From the NCBI RefSeq assembly GCF_009914755.1, contig NC_060936.1: a stretch of DNA of 64,000 nt; one strand, 5' to 3'. The notes beneath the pieces are model-generated. The model was not told the origin of the DNA. It saw nothing but the letters and a program-made list of their open reading frames with translations, and did not search any database. This DNA comes from the human T2T-CHM13v2.0 reference genome, Homo sapiens. A program made the position numbers and the translations under genes. Of the stretch, positions 46,945 to 64,000 are shown one piece after another. The first letter of the stretch is position 1; each line of letters begins with the position of its first letter.

Positions 46945-47689
46945 ATTTGGGTACAATTTTTTTGTATTATTTTTGTACAATTTTTATATTTGTATTATTT
47001 GTATATTTTTGTGTTATGTTGTATTATTTGTATTATTTAGATGTACAATGTTTGATATCTAAGGACGTATTTGAAAACATCAATTATGTTTATGTACATA
47101 CATTTGCACACACAGACATGTATAATGTATATACAGGACTTTTGAACATCTTTCCTAATGAAATATCTTAAAAAATTTGATGCATTTATTGAATATTTTG
47201 TTCCTTTAGAAAAGAATTTCCAAATACCTATTTTGTTTCAAGTGCCTGTTAGAGAGAAAAATACAAATAAAACAGCAACACTATTCCTGCTGTGCTGAGA
47301 GTTTTTATATCAGTTTCTTTACAAATACAGATTTCTGAAAGGTTTGAATTTACACAAATCTCTTAAGGCTTATTACCAATAACAAATCCAAATTCTCTTT
47401 CACTCAAAAGAGATCTGAGGGAAAGAAAAATAAAAGGATGTTTTCTTCTGCAAAGGAAAAAAAAATAGGGATTTAGGCATTTATTTGATTGTTTGTTGTT
47501 TCACGAAAAGCTTGATTGGTTGCTTGGTCATGTTACAGCCTAATAGTGATGGTAATAATTTCAGTAAATAGATTTTTAAAATGGCAAAATACACAAAAAC
47601 TGAGAAGGAAAGTTAATACAAAGAAAGCCATTCTTTCTTGCTTCAATCAAATACAGAAGTCCCCAGTAGATAATCATATTTTTCCTGTA

Positions 47690-47890
47690 GTTATATTTAG
47701 TATGAACCCACTATGGTTGAGACACTGTGTTAAGTATTTTATATACATTATTTCACTTGATGTTTACAAAAATTTTTGATGTCAGATTGTGATCTCTGTT
47801 CTATAGATTTTTTAAAAAAGAAGATTTTGGGAGAAGGGACTTGTCTGAAGTCACCAGTGAAAGTTTGAACTGATTATCTGTAACCAGAGA
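47690..47890 (-). mobile_element. MIR fragment
   Basis: 'cactgtgttaagtattttatatacattatttcacttga', 'gacttgtctgaagtcac'. Confidence 0.65.
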
Positions 47891-48248
47891 GCTATATTTT
47901 TTGAAGAGACTATTTAGTGTTAATATTTAACTTAATAAAAAGAAAAGTAAAATCTCATCTTTATTAATACCCATTCTGCTTCCATAATAATGATAAGGTC
48001 TGATTCTATCAAAAAATTCTCATTTTATCAGTTGCTAACATGGTATTCAGATGATTACCACTGTCCCAGTCTTCTGGTCTTTAACTTGCTTGCTGATTCA
48101 GAACAAAATCAAATAAGTATTTTGGCCTTTCTTTATAAAGCCCTAAATGTTGTGGATCTTCTGATAAATGCATAATTGAGCAAAAACCTGGACGCAAGCA
48201 AGTGTATTCAGCTTACCACCACCAAAAAACTTAGTTGCCAAATACAAG

Positions 48249-48618
48249 TGCCCTAGTCCATTTTGTGTTGCTATGAAAGAATACCATAGACTGGGTAATG
48301 TACTGTAAAGAAAATAAGTTTATTTTTCATAGTCTGGAGACTGTGCAGTCCACTATCAAAGTGCAGGCATCTGGCTTGGGCCTTCTTGCTGCATCATAAC
48401 ATAGTGGAGGGAAAGAAGGTGAGGACGGGGGGCAAACTCATCCTTTAATCAGGAAGCCACTCCAGGAATAACTAACCACTCCAAGGTAACAGCCTAAATT
48501 CATGCGGGCTCTGCCCTCATGACTTAATCATTTTCTAAAGGTTTCATCTATCTACACTATTGCATTGAGAATTAAGTGTCCAAACATGAATTTTGGGGGA
48601 TACATGCAAACCATTGCA
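48249..48618 (-). mobile_element. MSTD-like MaLR solo LTR
   Basis: TG...CA termini, near-identical 5-bp TSD acaag/acagg, MST motifs. Confidence 0.85.
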
Positions 48619-49078
48619 ACAGGTTAGTAAAAGCAAAATATAGATTTTTCTAAATTGTTGGTGGCAATATTATAAACTTCCTCTGAAACAATAAAACCTA
48701 GGGGAAAGCATATTAATAAATGGCTGTGTTGCTTATCTTATTTCTCTGATGACCTCCTTATTCATGAATATATTGTCCAGACTCCAACAGATTTTATCTC
48801 GAGTCCAAAATTTTAAAAATAATTTATCTCTCTTGCACAGTGTGCACTAAAAATAATTTATAAAATAGGGAAGTGTATAATCTGTATTGGTAGGAGAAGG
48901 AGAAGGAGGAAAGAAAGATACGATAAAGCAACAAAAAGAAGACTTTATTAATAGAGTACTAGAAGACCCTATTAAAAAAATAAATAATAGAAAAAGAACA
49001 GGAAGAATAAAAGTGACAGTATGAAGTAGAGAAACCAGTGAGCTAAGGGCAAGATGAGGGAGGAGTCAAAGTGTTAAG

Positions 49079-49560
49079 CTAGGGTCTCAAACTCAATTTT
49101 TTTTTTTTTTGCCTGAGGTCAGGCAGGTAATGTGAATGAGTAAATTGGGCTGATTGTAAGAAGAATGTGGCCAGTGTTTCATTTCTTTTTATTTTGTTTT
49201 TAAATCAGCTTTCTTTCCTTGCATTTGATAGGGGAATAAACATTTCTTTTTGAAATAAACAATAGTAAAAGTGAAATGATCAAAGGTAGTGTTCTCAGTC
49301 TCTGGAAAACAACAAAGAATGGTATGGCAAACCAGCATTCATACTGGCCCTGGAAGAGGGCCGGTGGTAGGCACCATTCAGCTTTGTCCAGTATTGATAG
49401 TATTTTTTAATCAGAAGCTGAAATCTAAATTTTAAGAGAAATCTGAAATACTGACAACTCATTAAAAAAAAGTTTAAGTTAATGTGAATACTCTCATAGC
49501 CCTTACTGACTCCATTCCTACAGGTTGGGGATTGTGGCCTATGGCTACCAGACTGCATGC
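49079..49560 (+). mobile_element. MER102-like hAT-Charlie relic
   Basis: 'gggtctcaaactcaa...gcctg...caggcaggtaatgtgaatgagt' start and degenerate 3' 'ggcctatggctaccagactgc'. Confidence 0.55.
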
Positions 49561-49577
49561 TTACTATTAAAAAGTTA

Positions 49578-49996
<419 letters not shown>

Positions 49997-50033
49997 CTAT
50001 ATGTGAGACTAGCACAAAGCTCTCCATTAGTTA

Positions 50034-50373
50034 CAGTCATGCATCACGTAACAATAGTGGTGTGTTCTGAGAAATGTGTCCTTAGGTGGCTTCGTCACGG
50101 TGCAAACATCCTATAGTGTACCTACACAAACCTAAATGGTGTAGCCTACTACACACCTAGGCTATATGGGATAGCCTATTGATGCTTGGCTACAAACCTG
50201 TATGGCATTTTACCGTACTAACTCTATAGGCAATTATAACACAGTGTTAAGTATTTGTGTACCTAAATGCATCTGACATAGAAAAGGTACAGTAAAGATA
50301 AAGTATAATCTTACGGGGTCACCGGTGCATATGCGGTCTGTCGCTGACTGAAACATAATGCAGTGCATAACAG
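50034..50373 (+). mobile_element. Tigger3a (MER7-type) DNA transposon relic
   Basis: 'cagtcatgcatc...' TIR, 'acacaaacctaaatggtgtagcctactacacacctaggctata', TA flanks at 50032-50033 and 50374-50375. Confidence 0.9.
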
Positions 50374-50518
50374 TATTTGATTTTTAAAAGGGTTTTAGGA
50401 TTTTTGCTTTGGTCTAAACTAATTTTTTTAATAAGAGCCACACAGTGTTCAATTCTGGCTTATTTGTTGTCATCTATTTTCTGAGATCAAGTCTATTCCA
50501 AGGAATAGGTCCTGCACA

Positions 50519-51094
50519 CAGAGCTGGCTTCATGGGTATGGCATCACTGGAATTGCAAAGGGTTCTGCACTCAGAAAGAAGCCCCGTGTTTAGGGTTTAA
50601 TACAACTCTGTGAATGTTGTCTTTAAATTATTACTAATTTTATGCTTCTGTGTGTTTTAGAAGGTTTGATGGGACATGGATCAGGAGCTGGGGCTTAGAG
50701 TCTTTGTCCACAGGTTGTCCTGCCTCCTTCTGACCTCCACCATCTCCCCACTTCCCCATCTTGGGTTCTTGGTTGGCAATGCCCCACTCCTGTACAGATA
50801 CCACTGGCACTCTCCACTCCAGCAAGGGCCTGGACACAGGTGTTAGGAGAGTTAGGGTATGCATATACATTACAGGGACCAAGTCATGGGGCTTTGCCCA
50901 AGGCACCTATGAGGCCCCATGATTGAGGGGTCACAATATTAAATAGAAAATAAAAAACACCACAGCAATTCAAGAAAGACCACAGAAGAAAAAAAAAAGG
51001 TGGGTTTTGTTTTGTTTTGTTGTTTCGCTTTTTGCACAATGTGTCCTGCATTTTCATTTTATACTGGATTCTCAAAATAACATAGCTGGTCCTG
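50519..51094 (+). mobile_element. MER45B/C-type hAT-Tip100 relic
   Basis: Termini 'cagagctggcttcatggg' and 'tagctggtcctg'. Confidence 0.75.
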
Positions 51095-51384
51095 CTTCTC
51101 AGGGTATTTTATCACTGCTTACCTACTCTTTCCCTTGCACTTCACAAACCTCTTCTTTGCCTAAAACATGCAACATCAAAATAAATGGTCCAGCAAAACC
51201 TGAAGGTGCTTTAAAATGTAGTTAAAAGAAACAGGAGGCAATTCTATTTAGAAGCCGCATTACACTCTACCCCAAATCTGGAAAGTGTGAAGAGAAAATG
51301 CCAGCATAATAGCTATCACTCTTTGTTGTTAACACAGCTGCTTGCTCACTTTAGTTTTCTCGCACATATAAGGCAGAGCTGTGA

Positions 51385-51590
51385 TGTACTCAGACAGATC
51401 ACATTCAAATTCTCATTCTGCCACTTGCTAAGTGATGACCTTGGGCAAGTTACTCAACCTTCCTTAGCCAGCTTCGCTCTTATAAAACGGTTTTAATAAT
51501 GAATGTTCTTGCAGTGTTGTTCAGGTTGAATGGTGTAAGATGAAACAAATTTGTAGCATAATGCCTAGCATATAATACAAGTTCTTTCAT
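51385..51590 (+). mobile_element. MIR
   Basis: 'tctgccacttgctaagtgatgaccttgggcaagttactcaacct'. Confidence 0.8.
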
Positions 51591-53216
51591 TCTTATGAAA
51601 ACCTATATATATATAATGTAAATAATATTTTATATTTTTAGTATTTTAATGCACACAGGTTTAACTCCTTTTTGTGTCAGAGAAAAACAAACCTTTCATT
51701 TTAGCTGAAATGATTAGAAGTCATCATATAGCATTTATAAGGCTATGGCTACTGAGTCTGCATTGGCCCATCAACTGTCATTGTAGGGAAGAGATGAGTG
51801 GGCTGAGTGCCCTGCAGTAGCAAGCTTAATTTATGGCTTTTGGAAGAACTGAGCCCCAAGCATAATATTCAAGGTCTTTAATATATCAAAAGGCTTTTTT
51901 TCTTAGATAACAAAAATTTCCTCTGGTTTTTTGATATGTGAAATTTTAGTGTGCATAAAATGGAGCTCTATATTAGCCCACTCTGCATGTTTTAATAGTG
52001 TTACAGTGGTGGCTAATGTCTATGATAATCAACAGTTAGCAAAAACATGAATTTGGATATTTTCACATTTATTATACAAAAAGACAGTATTTTTTTTAAA
52101 CGGTATTGTTTTAAACAGCAGTTTAAAACACAATAAAATTAAATTCCAAATAAGCCATAATTTTTATCAGGGTACTTTTAAGTAATCTGTGTGAAATCAT
52201 TGAGGGTACTCACAGATGATGCAACTAATTTATTCAGTCTTAAAATGAAAACTCACAATGCAGGTAAGAGATATGGAGAAACAATTTTTGCAGACACAAA
52301 TTTAACTTGTATTAAAATTTTATTATCCTCTTTTCAAAATCATGAAATCAGCATATTTAGCCGTAAGTAACTCATATGCTGATTACTAAAAAATAGTGTC
52401 GAAGTCAGTTGATCAGTGAAGTCTATGCATCCATTAAAAGCATAGCTAGCTATTGATTAATGGAAATCAGCAAAGACCTATAAGGCAGTTAACTAAAAGC
52501 AGAAAAAAACACATTCCTACAAGTGAGAAAAGCCAGGAGAAAAATTTTAATTACTCTCTCACGAACTCATAAAAACAAAGAAACAAATATGCAATCAATA
52601 GAAAACAGTTGTTTTTCTGTGACTAGGTTAACTAAATTACGTCTTAGCAAAGGAGCTAATATGATAAAATAACTAAGGTCTAATTACCAAGATAATTAGA
52701 AATATTTGTTTGGCTGGTGACAAATATTAGTATTAAATACCGAAAGCTTATGAATATCTAAAAACATTTTCCAAATGATCTACAATGTCTATAGAAAGAG
52801 AATTAGCATCATGAAATGAGATGCACAAATGTGAAACAATCTTAAATCATTGCTGAAACTATAGGGACCTAAGTAGTAGTTGGAATTAATTCCCATTGAA
52901 GTAACTAAATGAATTACTTCTGCTTCAATGAATTAAACTGAAATATATTTGCTCTAATTTACATTTGTGCTGTTTTGTTCTGTATCAATGGAAATGGATA
53001 AGTGTTTCCTATATTTATTATTTCAGGAGCACAATAAGCTCCCTGTCAGCTTTCTCAAATATCGTTTTTCATCTTTTGGCCCCATTCACTCTCCATCTTC
53101 TTATAGAGGTTACTTAAAAGCTTAGCACAATGTAATGAAGTTTGTAGGATGCTTTATCATCACAGAATTGATTTGATAAAAATAGAGAGATGGAGGAGAG
53201 AGAAGGATAAGAGATA

Positions 53217-53320
53217 GGCTGGGCGCGGTGGCTCACACCTGTAATCCCAGCATTTTGGGAGGCCCAGGTGGGCAGATCACGAGGTCAAGAGATCGAGACC
53301 ATCCTAGCCAACATGGTGAA
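53217..53320 (+). mobile_element. 5' 104 bp of an AluSc-like element, fused to L1
   Basis: 'gatcacgaggtcaagagatcgagaccatcctagccaacatggtgaa' followed immediately by L1 ORF2 sequence. Confidence 0.88.
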
Positions 53321-55831
<2,511 letters not shown>

Positions 55832-55934
55832 GTGATAAGCCCTAAGCCAAAAAAGTAATGAAATGAAGCAAAAAGTTTTAACTGAAATATTTAAAAATTA
55901 GTGCAATGTTTAAAGCAAAATCAAAAAGGAATCA

Positions 55935-55995
55935 AGGAAAGAAGAAAGGACAGAAAAAAGAAGGGACAAAAGAAGGAAGGAAGGAAGGAAGGAAA
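55935..55995. repeat. Purine-rich tract ending in (GGAA)n
   Basis: Visible repeat. Confidence 0.85.
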
Positions 55996-58149
55996 CCCTA
56001 GAAAAACATAAGTATACAAGAAGAAAAATATAATAGTAATTGGCTCTATTTGAACAAATTTACATAAGGCTAATATTTTATACTTTCAACTTTTATAGTC
56101 AATCTATTCACAAAAGATGGAAGACAGTATAGTTTCAGAAGAATGCCTGAATATTATTAACAAAAAAGAGCAAAAACATTACTACAGATGGCAGAGGCTG
56201 TGTGTTAGAAGGGAAGAGAGAGGTGAAGGAAGATAGGAGATATAATTTTAAAGAGGAAAGTCAAAAAATAATATCATTAGTTGAAGAAATAAGAAATGCA
56301 GGTTTGTATTAAAAATAGGGATATACATTTCTGGGATGTGTAAACATTTCTGGTAAGAGAAAGGCAGGTATTCTCTAAAAACTGATAAATAAATTAGACT
56401 CAACAATATTAACACATTGTTGAGACATTTATATGTGTCAGAAAAAAATATAAAAATACACAGGTTTAAAGAAGTAATGTGTTCTTTTGAGTATGACATT
56501 GAGAGTAGGAAGGATGTGTGACTGGGATGGTAGTTTTGACTTTGGGCTTATTTTATGTAGATAACAAAGCAAACCTCTACTCTTTTGAGAAGTTAGGATA
56601 TTTAGTCTGAGAAGTTTGAGTGTGGAGTATGAGGCAACTTTGGCTAAAAATATAGAAGGTTTTCTAATAAATAACACTGGAATGAACCATCTTGTAAAGA
56701 AGTGAATTAATAAGATATTTCAGGAAAGTTTCATGTATATAAGAGACATTACATTCGAGGTTCTATGGTCTAACGTGCCTTTAGCGGAAGGATTTTCAAA
56801 GAACTGCTACTAGATGGCAAACTCAAGTTATTTTTTAAATATGATATTTTAACTGAATTTTTGCAATAAGAAATCTCATAGTTATCCTTTTCCTTCTCCA
56901 TGTTTATCTTATGTTAAAAGAATTCAGCTTTTAGAAATAAAGCAACAAATTTAACTTAACTCAAGGCAAAATAAGGCCTTATATTAAATTTTCATTGAAG
57001 ATAATTTTGATGAAAACCTCTCAGAGAAATCAAAGGAAAAAGAAGCTGGAAGTACATAAACAAATTATAAAGTAGAAATTGGTTCTGTGAGGAGAGATTT
57101 ATTTGGTTTAATTTTCTTTGGGTAATATAAAATATATAATCTATTTTATGAATTTTTTTGTCATTTTTCATATTAGGTTTGAATTCATACCTGAAAGAAC
57201 TAGATGAATGTTACTATTTCTTTTGAGCCTGAAATTTCTTTCCAACACGCCTCACATTATTGAAACATTAATACTAAGCAGTACTGTCTACACCTGAAGG
57301 AGCAGCCATCACAGAGCTGGGTGATAAATCACTGCTCCCTGATGTCTGGCAATGTCCAAAATGCAAGCCAGTTCTCTGGAAGTGTTGGTGCTGGCACCTG
57401 CCATCCCACTTCACTCTTCACAATTGTTGGAACAGCCTTCTTCATACTGAGCCCAATTCTAGACCACATAAATAAAGTATACGGCTTTTCCTTAAAATAT
57501 TATGTCTTTTTTTGTAGGGTGAATATTTTTTGTACCTTAAACTTACTGTATAGTTGGCTTCCAGATCTAAGTCATGAACAAAAAAGTCCTGACTATATTA
57601 TACTATGTTGTATGATGTTGTTTTAATTATATTATAGTATTATATTTATCATATTATATGTAAAGTAAAATATATCCCTTCTCAGTATTCACCCAACCAT
57701 CCCAACGGCACATCTTTAAGTGGCACAAACTTTCACTGTTTAATTATTTAGGATCATCCCAGGTTTGTTATTAATGGTTTTTAGGCTGCTGTTCTTTATC
57801 ACTCTCAAGAGGTGAGACTTCCAGTTTTATCTCTGACTTTTACCTCTATGGTCTTATACCTCAGTCATTAAGTGTTAGTGATCAAGACATGTTTTTAAAG
57901 TCTATGCTTTTTCCCACTCTTCTCATTTTGCCTGGGATTTCAACATCTATCACCCAAGCTCTATTTCTTAAGATGTGACAAACACCTAACTACCCTTCTA
58001 CAAGACTCAGGGAAAATGTTTCCTGTGAGAACACATTTTCTGACAGACCACAGATAACTACCTACTCCTTTCTACTCCTACTGAAGCCCATAATCATATC
58101 TATGAAGGAAGAACTTATTACAAGGGACTCCTAGATGACTTCCTATGTC

Positions 58150-58655
58150 CTCTATACACCAAATCATGCATAATTTCATAATCTCTTCCCATTACTTTTA
58201 GGATAAAATTCTAAAGATTTAACACATTTAGCACGAAATATAAGGCTCTTCATGATGTGATCTCAGACTGCTTCTTTAGATGTACTGATACCCCACATAC
58301 ATGCATAAGAAATCTCTCTCATGTCACCCCAGCAACCCATCCCATTTCCACGTAGTCCATCAAAGAAGCAGTGAATAATTCCTTCATGTCATTCAGATCT
58401 AAGTTTAAATACCTTACTATATTTATTGGGGCATTTATTAACTCCTGAATAAAATGGTCTACCCAATCACTCATATCCCAGTTTTATATCACTTAGCATT
58501 TATTTCTGTCAAGAATGGTAATACTTGTTTGCTTTTCTCTCTTCTTCCATTAAAAAGCAAGTGGAATGACACTAGGATGTTGTCTCTATTTCTGCTGAAT
58601 TCCTAACACTTAAAATGTTGGTTATATTTTTTTAAGTAAGTGAATGTATGAATGC
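58150..58655 (+). mobile_element. L2 fragments
   Basis: 'cttcccattacttttaggataaaattcta', 'taaggctcttcatgat', ending 'tgaatgtatgaatg'. Confidence 0.6.
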
Positions 58656-59399
58656 TGGCTTTGTGAGAAATGAAATGTTTCTTGTCAAGTTACCTAGGAA
58701 ATATTATATTAGCATCTTGCATTTCCCCCTTTTCACATCAAGTATCTGAAAGTTGAAAGGGGCTGAATTATTACCTCTCCCAAAGTGCCCAATATTTTAG
58801 GATTCAATAAATGATAAAATTTTTTTAAAGTCCATAATTTGAAAAGAAGAAATGAAATTTTAATTCTCATAAATTAGTAAGAAAATAAATTCACGATGTA
58901 CTGAGTGAATTTAGTTTTACAGAGAACCAGTTCCGTGGTTCTTATTGTTTTTCTTTTGGAATACTGTAAACTTCAAGGAAGGACAGACTGATATCTGCAG
59001 TTCTGCCCTGGGAGCCTCTGACCCAGCCCATACTTCCTGACACTACAAGATCTCCCTCACCACGTCTTCTTCTAAATCCACTTCTCTTGTATTTCTTTTT
59101 TTACTCTCAGCTTGGTAAAGGAAACTAATCTGATAATCCTGTCTGAGAAAAAAATATTGATATCTGATAATGGCTTAATTCATCTTTTACAAAGGTTTGC
59201 AACAGCCAGTAACCCAAAGGAATGAATAAACAATTTAATGTTTTGATTGTAATTTCCAGTAGGGAAGGTGTTAACTTTCTTCCAGCTCCTTGAGTTAAAC
59301 TACATAAAAAGATGTTCTGCATAAAGGTGGTCTAGATTACCAAAGAGTGGCATTTTCTTTTCATACTATTAGTTTATTAAGACTTAATATTTTTCATGG

Positions 59400-59650
59400 T
59401 AAAAATAGTAATAGTAATAACAATAATAGTAAGAACTGAAATTTATTGAGAATTTGCCATGTACCAAAAACTGTGCCAAATGCTTTTCAAACAGTATCTC
59501 ATTTCATGGTCATAGATGTACTATAGAAAATCACTTTTATCCCAAATTTACAGGTATAAAATTAGGCTTCAACAGGTTAAATCTCACTGCTGATCAGTGG
59601 CAGGGCTGGGATTTATATTATGATCTGTATAATTCCAAAAATCATGATTT
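59400..59650 (-). mobile_element. MIR
   Basis: 'atttattgagaatttgccatgtacca...actgtgccaaatgcttt', 'agtggcagggctgggattt'. Confidence 0.75.
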
Positions 59651-60606
59651 TCTACAGCCTCTCAAAAAAACCCATATGGTTTTACAACTGGGTTATGATT
59701 TATCTGTCATTAAGCCCTAGGCATGAATCCCTTACTAATAGCCTTGAGTGGTGACAAAACCTTTTCTTTCTGAAAATGAAAAACTAAATGACATCATAAA
59801 GTAGCAACTTACATTTTTATCCAGCTCTAATCGTTACCACATCATTTTTCTTAATGGATCAAAATCTACCAACTATATAATTTGCACTATTTAATCCCAT
59901 TCTTGCTCCTAAACAATTAAGATAGGAAAAAATCAAAAATGTACCCTAAAAAACTTCTAATTTCATATTCTAAAGATGTATGGAAATCTTTTAATAGAAA
60001 AAAACTAGATAAATCTTAAAACCATTTTTATACATTTTTAAAGTCACTATACCTTTTTAAAATTAAGGGTCTTAAAGTATCAATCTTTCAAACTTTCAAT
60101 TTTATTACCCAACATTCTCTAAAATCTATGTGTGAAAAATTATTTTAAAAATTTGACAATTAAGAGAAAAAAGACATGATGTGAGAATTCTTAAGATAAA
60201 AGACCACTTCAGTTACATTAGCAAATATTTTGATTTAACATGTCTTCTAAAATGTAGCATTCATATCCTTGTATTTCTATCTCTATTTTGATTTAATTTA
60301 AGTTATGCCATAAAATAGATCATTTACACTTGGATGAAGATATCAGAAACTTCTTTTATTTTCCAGACCAAATGAAACTTTTCAGTTGATTTCTACTGAG
60401 CTTCAGGGAGTATTTTGATAGTTTGGGATTTATTTATTGTTTTAATTTTAAGAGCTAATGAGTAAACTAAGACACACCATTGAAAACAATACTAGCTGAA
60501 TGCTTTTAAAATGCTGAAAATGGCCGCCAGAAAATATATTTATTCAAATGCCACTATGTTCTTTTTTAAAAATGTCCTCAAGTTATACTTTTTTAAAAAT
60601 CAGAGA

Positions 60607-61316
60607 CCTGTGAGATACCATCTCACACCAGTTAGAATGGCGATCATTAACAAGTCAGGAAACAACAGGTGCTGGAGAAGATGTGGAGAAATAGGAACAC
60701 TTTTACACTGTTGGTGGGACTGTAAACTAGTTCAACCACTGTGGAAGACAGTGTGGAGATTCCTCAGGGATCTAGAACTAGAAATACCATTTGACCCAGG
60801 CATCCCATTACTGGGTATATACCCAAAGGATTACAAATCATACTGCTATAAAGACAAATGCACACGTATGTTTATTGTGGCACTATTCACAATAGCAAAG
60901 ACTTGGAACCAACCCAAATGTCCATCAATGATAGACTGGATTAAGAAAATATGGCACATATACACCATGGAATACTATGCAGCCATAAAAAAGGATGAGT
61001 TCATGTCCTTTACAGGGACATGGATGAAGATGGAAACCATCATTCTGAGCAAACTATCACAAGGACAGAAAACCAAACACCGCATGTTTTCACTCATAGG
61101 TGGGAATTGAACAATAAGAACAGATGGACACAGGGTGGGGAACATCACACACTGGGGCCTGTCGTGGGGTGGGGGGAGGGGGGAGGGAGAGCATTAGGAG
61201 ATATACCTAATGTAAATGACGAGTTAAGGGGTGCAGCCCACCAACATGGCACATGTATACATATGTAACAAACCTGCACGTTGTGCACATGTACCCTAGA
61301 ACTTAAAGTAAAAAAA
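60607..61316 (+). mobile_element. Young 5'-truncated L1PA4/5-type element (ORF2 C-terminus plus 3' UTR)
   Basis: Intact ORF2 C-terminal frame including the cysteine-rich motif ([18 protein letters not shown]); perfect TSD aaaaatcagaga at 60595-60606 and 61317-61328; TTTT/AAAAA endonuclease site. Confidence 0.96.
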
Positions 61317-64000
61317 AAAAATCAGAGAACTGCTTAAATGGTTCATTCTAAACCATTGGTTTAGCTATTGAACTAACTTTGGTTGCTATTACATTTTTAG
61401 ACATATAATCTTAACAGATTATAAGTTTCTTTCTTTTGTTTCTTTCCTTATTTTTCTAAGAGGATGAAGCCAATTCAGTATTATATTTATTGTTTAGAAA
61501 AAAATGAATTTAGAGGTTTCTTAATTTTTTTTATTTTTATTTTTATTTATTTAAGGCATCTGCTGGTAGAGCTGTCATTGCTCTTACTTTGTTATAATTC
61601 ATTGAAAATGGTCAACGGGAAGGGCAATTTAGTTGCTTTGACTTGCAAACAGAATATTTTCCCTAAATATTACCTTCTAGCATTTTTACAAGTCCAATAA
61701 CGTGTTCATATATGAGTCATAGAGCATATATTTTTAGATTGCAAAATTATACTAGCATGAGACAAGGTACTTTAGATTTGGATTGTGAAAATATCAGTTT
61801 TAAATTTATAGTAATACTTGCTTCAGTTTCTGTATACATTGTCAAGTTTATTGCAGGAAATGCGGAAGAGTTAATTTTATATTTTATTCATTATTCAAAT
61901 AATTATTAAGATGTTTATAAACTCATCACAAGCATTGCTCATTTTTATTGGCTTGCAATCAGCACTTAAAATCCTATTGTAAAACTCTGCAACACATGAG
62001 GTTTGACAGATAATATAAGTTTACAGGAATTTGAAAGATCTCACAAAGCCCACAGAAATATTTTCTTGGAAGTTTTTTTTTTTTTAATGTTAACTATACA
62101 ATGCTGTTTAGTGATATACTCCTGCTGGAAAAACAATTTATAATTTTTATATTTCTCATTGCAATCCTAAATAAATACATATATTATTCAAGTTTTCTAT
62201 AAAAATTAAGTGTTTAGTTAATATCACATGTATCTCTCTAAAGTTACATGAATTCAGAGTAAATTATTATAATCATCCATATTTTAATATTCAACTTGCT
62301 TTTTGTATCAGTGGTTAATTTGGTAAAGTTTTAATATATTTCATCTTTATTTCCTAAAATAATATTAAAGGGATGGTAATATGAAAAAAACCACAATATT
62401 TATTTAGGATCGTAAAATAAGATATTTTTCAATATGCAGAAGGCAAAGAAAAACACTAAGTATGTAAAAAGATAATAATACAGTTAATTTAATTTAAGGA
62501 AAATATAATATCCAAATCTCATAGGTGTTCTGTTTCAAATAATCACTTAACAGAAATTCACAGCAGCAAAACAATATAACTACCGTAGTAAATACATACA
62601 TATATATAAATAGACGAAATACACAATATATCTTATTTTTGTATATTTACTAATCAAAATTATTTTAAAATAACTTTATAGCTTCATGCTTCATGCCTTC
62701 TCATTGAAACATTTTCCGATAAAATTGTTGATGCTTCCGACAATTCCTATTATCGCAATTTGATATTTAAATCAAGAACTACCTAAAGCTACTAAATCTT
62801 TGCCACTAGCCTAAATGAGGCAATATTCTTCTATTCCCATGAATTATTCAAGTTTATAAAATGGTGAAATCAGATGACAAAATATTGTATTTTAATATGG
62901 ACTATGTATTCTTATATAAGCTATTACGAATCAAAAGAAAACTGGAAGTAAAAATGAAACTTCAATTAGTTTTATTTTTTCTTTACATTGATTACCGGAA
63001 GCATAATTTCTTTATTTTTAATTAAATTCAGCAATGTAAATTAAGTATACTGTCACAAATTCATTTATCTTCACTAGTAAAATCTCCACAGTTAAAAACA
63101 AATAGCAATTTCTTATTCTATGGTTATGTATTGCCCCTTTCTTTTAGTTATCTATCTTACAAATTTAGGCAGATTCTCATGGGTGGTAAAAGAGTGGTAG
63201 ATAGCACTGTTTAATACATCCTCATTAAAAGCAAATATGTATTATGTTGTATTAGTGACCACAAATGAGCTTGATTTTATTTCATGTTTTGTATACATAA
63301 TTTCCATATTCTTACATTCTTTTAATTCTTTTTGTGCATTTTGGTTACTTATTAATTAAATATATTCTACATTAATTTTATTTTATTTTGTTTGATTTTG
63401 ATATATTTATTATTGCTTTTAATTTAATTTAGTAGTAGATTATATTGCTAAACATGTGAGTTAAATCCAGGAGTAATTAGAGCATATTTCATATGTGTCA
63501 CTTTATTAAGTGTAAATTTGAAAGGGAAAATATATAAATAACATTAATTGTACCATTTAGAATATTCTAATTTTGTATTAGCAGGTAAAGCAATGAGAAT
63601 ATATACGCTTTGACAACTAATCCATAGAGAAACGAGAGTTGTTTTTTTTTTCTGCTTGTGCAAAGCAAATTAGAAAAACAATCAATATTTCTTTTCCAGA
63701 AACATTTGCTCTCTGCCCCAGATTTATGTTGGAATGTTTATTTGGTTTGTATGACTCTCAAGAGATGTGGCTTAATGGAAGTACTTGGATAACAGTCTTA
63801 GAAATCTAATGACAATTGTTTGTTTTTCCCAAATAACCACTTCCTAATGATTATTATTGAGCCTTGCAGTGTTAAAATGACATGTTTAGTTTCAGATGAG
63901 CATTTAAAAATTATTTCAGCTATTCTGTTACTTGGTATAAAATAAATGTCAATTTTTTGACCTATTGTAGATGTTCAGAAGCAGTCAATTGTTTTAATAT

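Noticed and set aside
61330-64000. Long non-repeat AT-rich tail of the window
   Set aside because: No convincing ORF, exon, RNA gene or structured repeat; conservation cannot be judged from sequence alone.

Overview
This is AT-rich, repeat-dense primate genomic DNA, either intergenic or deep intronic. AluY elements, an LTR12C-type ERV9 solo LTR and an L1PA4/5-type 3' end point to a catarrhine, probably an ape. I recognise no protein-coding gene, RNA gene or CRISPR-like array. Nearly all supplied ORFs lie in L1, Alu or GC-rich LTR sequence and are artefacts or TE remnants. The window is a layered record of transposable elements: old L2/MIR/L1M, MaLR LTRs, DNA-transposon relics (MER2, Tigger3a, MER45, MER102), two MITEs with domesticated-transposase binding motifs (MER85, MADE1), nested L1s, about 14 Alu copies or fragments, and two ERV1 solo LTRs (MER52, LTR12C). 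Best leads: (1) two young AluY copies share a non-consensus 3-substitution signature, suggesting a lineage-specific subfamily or gene conversion; (2) a 219-codon minus-strand open frame lies in mostly unique DNA about 3.6 kb downstream of the same-strand LTR12C promoter, next to a near-consensus Sox-Oct motif; (3) there are repeated fold-back/template-switch scars; (4) there is an Alu-L1 deletion junction and a 5'-inverted L1. I found no convincing evidence of a new biological system. Repeat subfamily calls come from remembered consensus sequences, and boundaries without a TSD are approximate.
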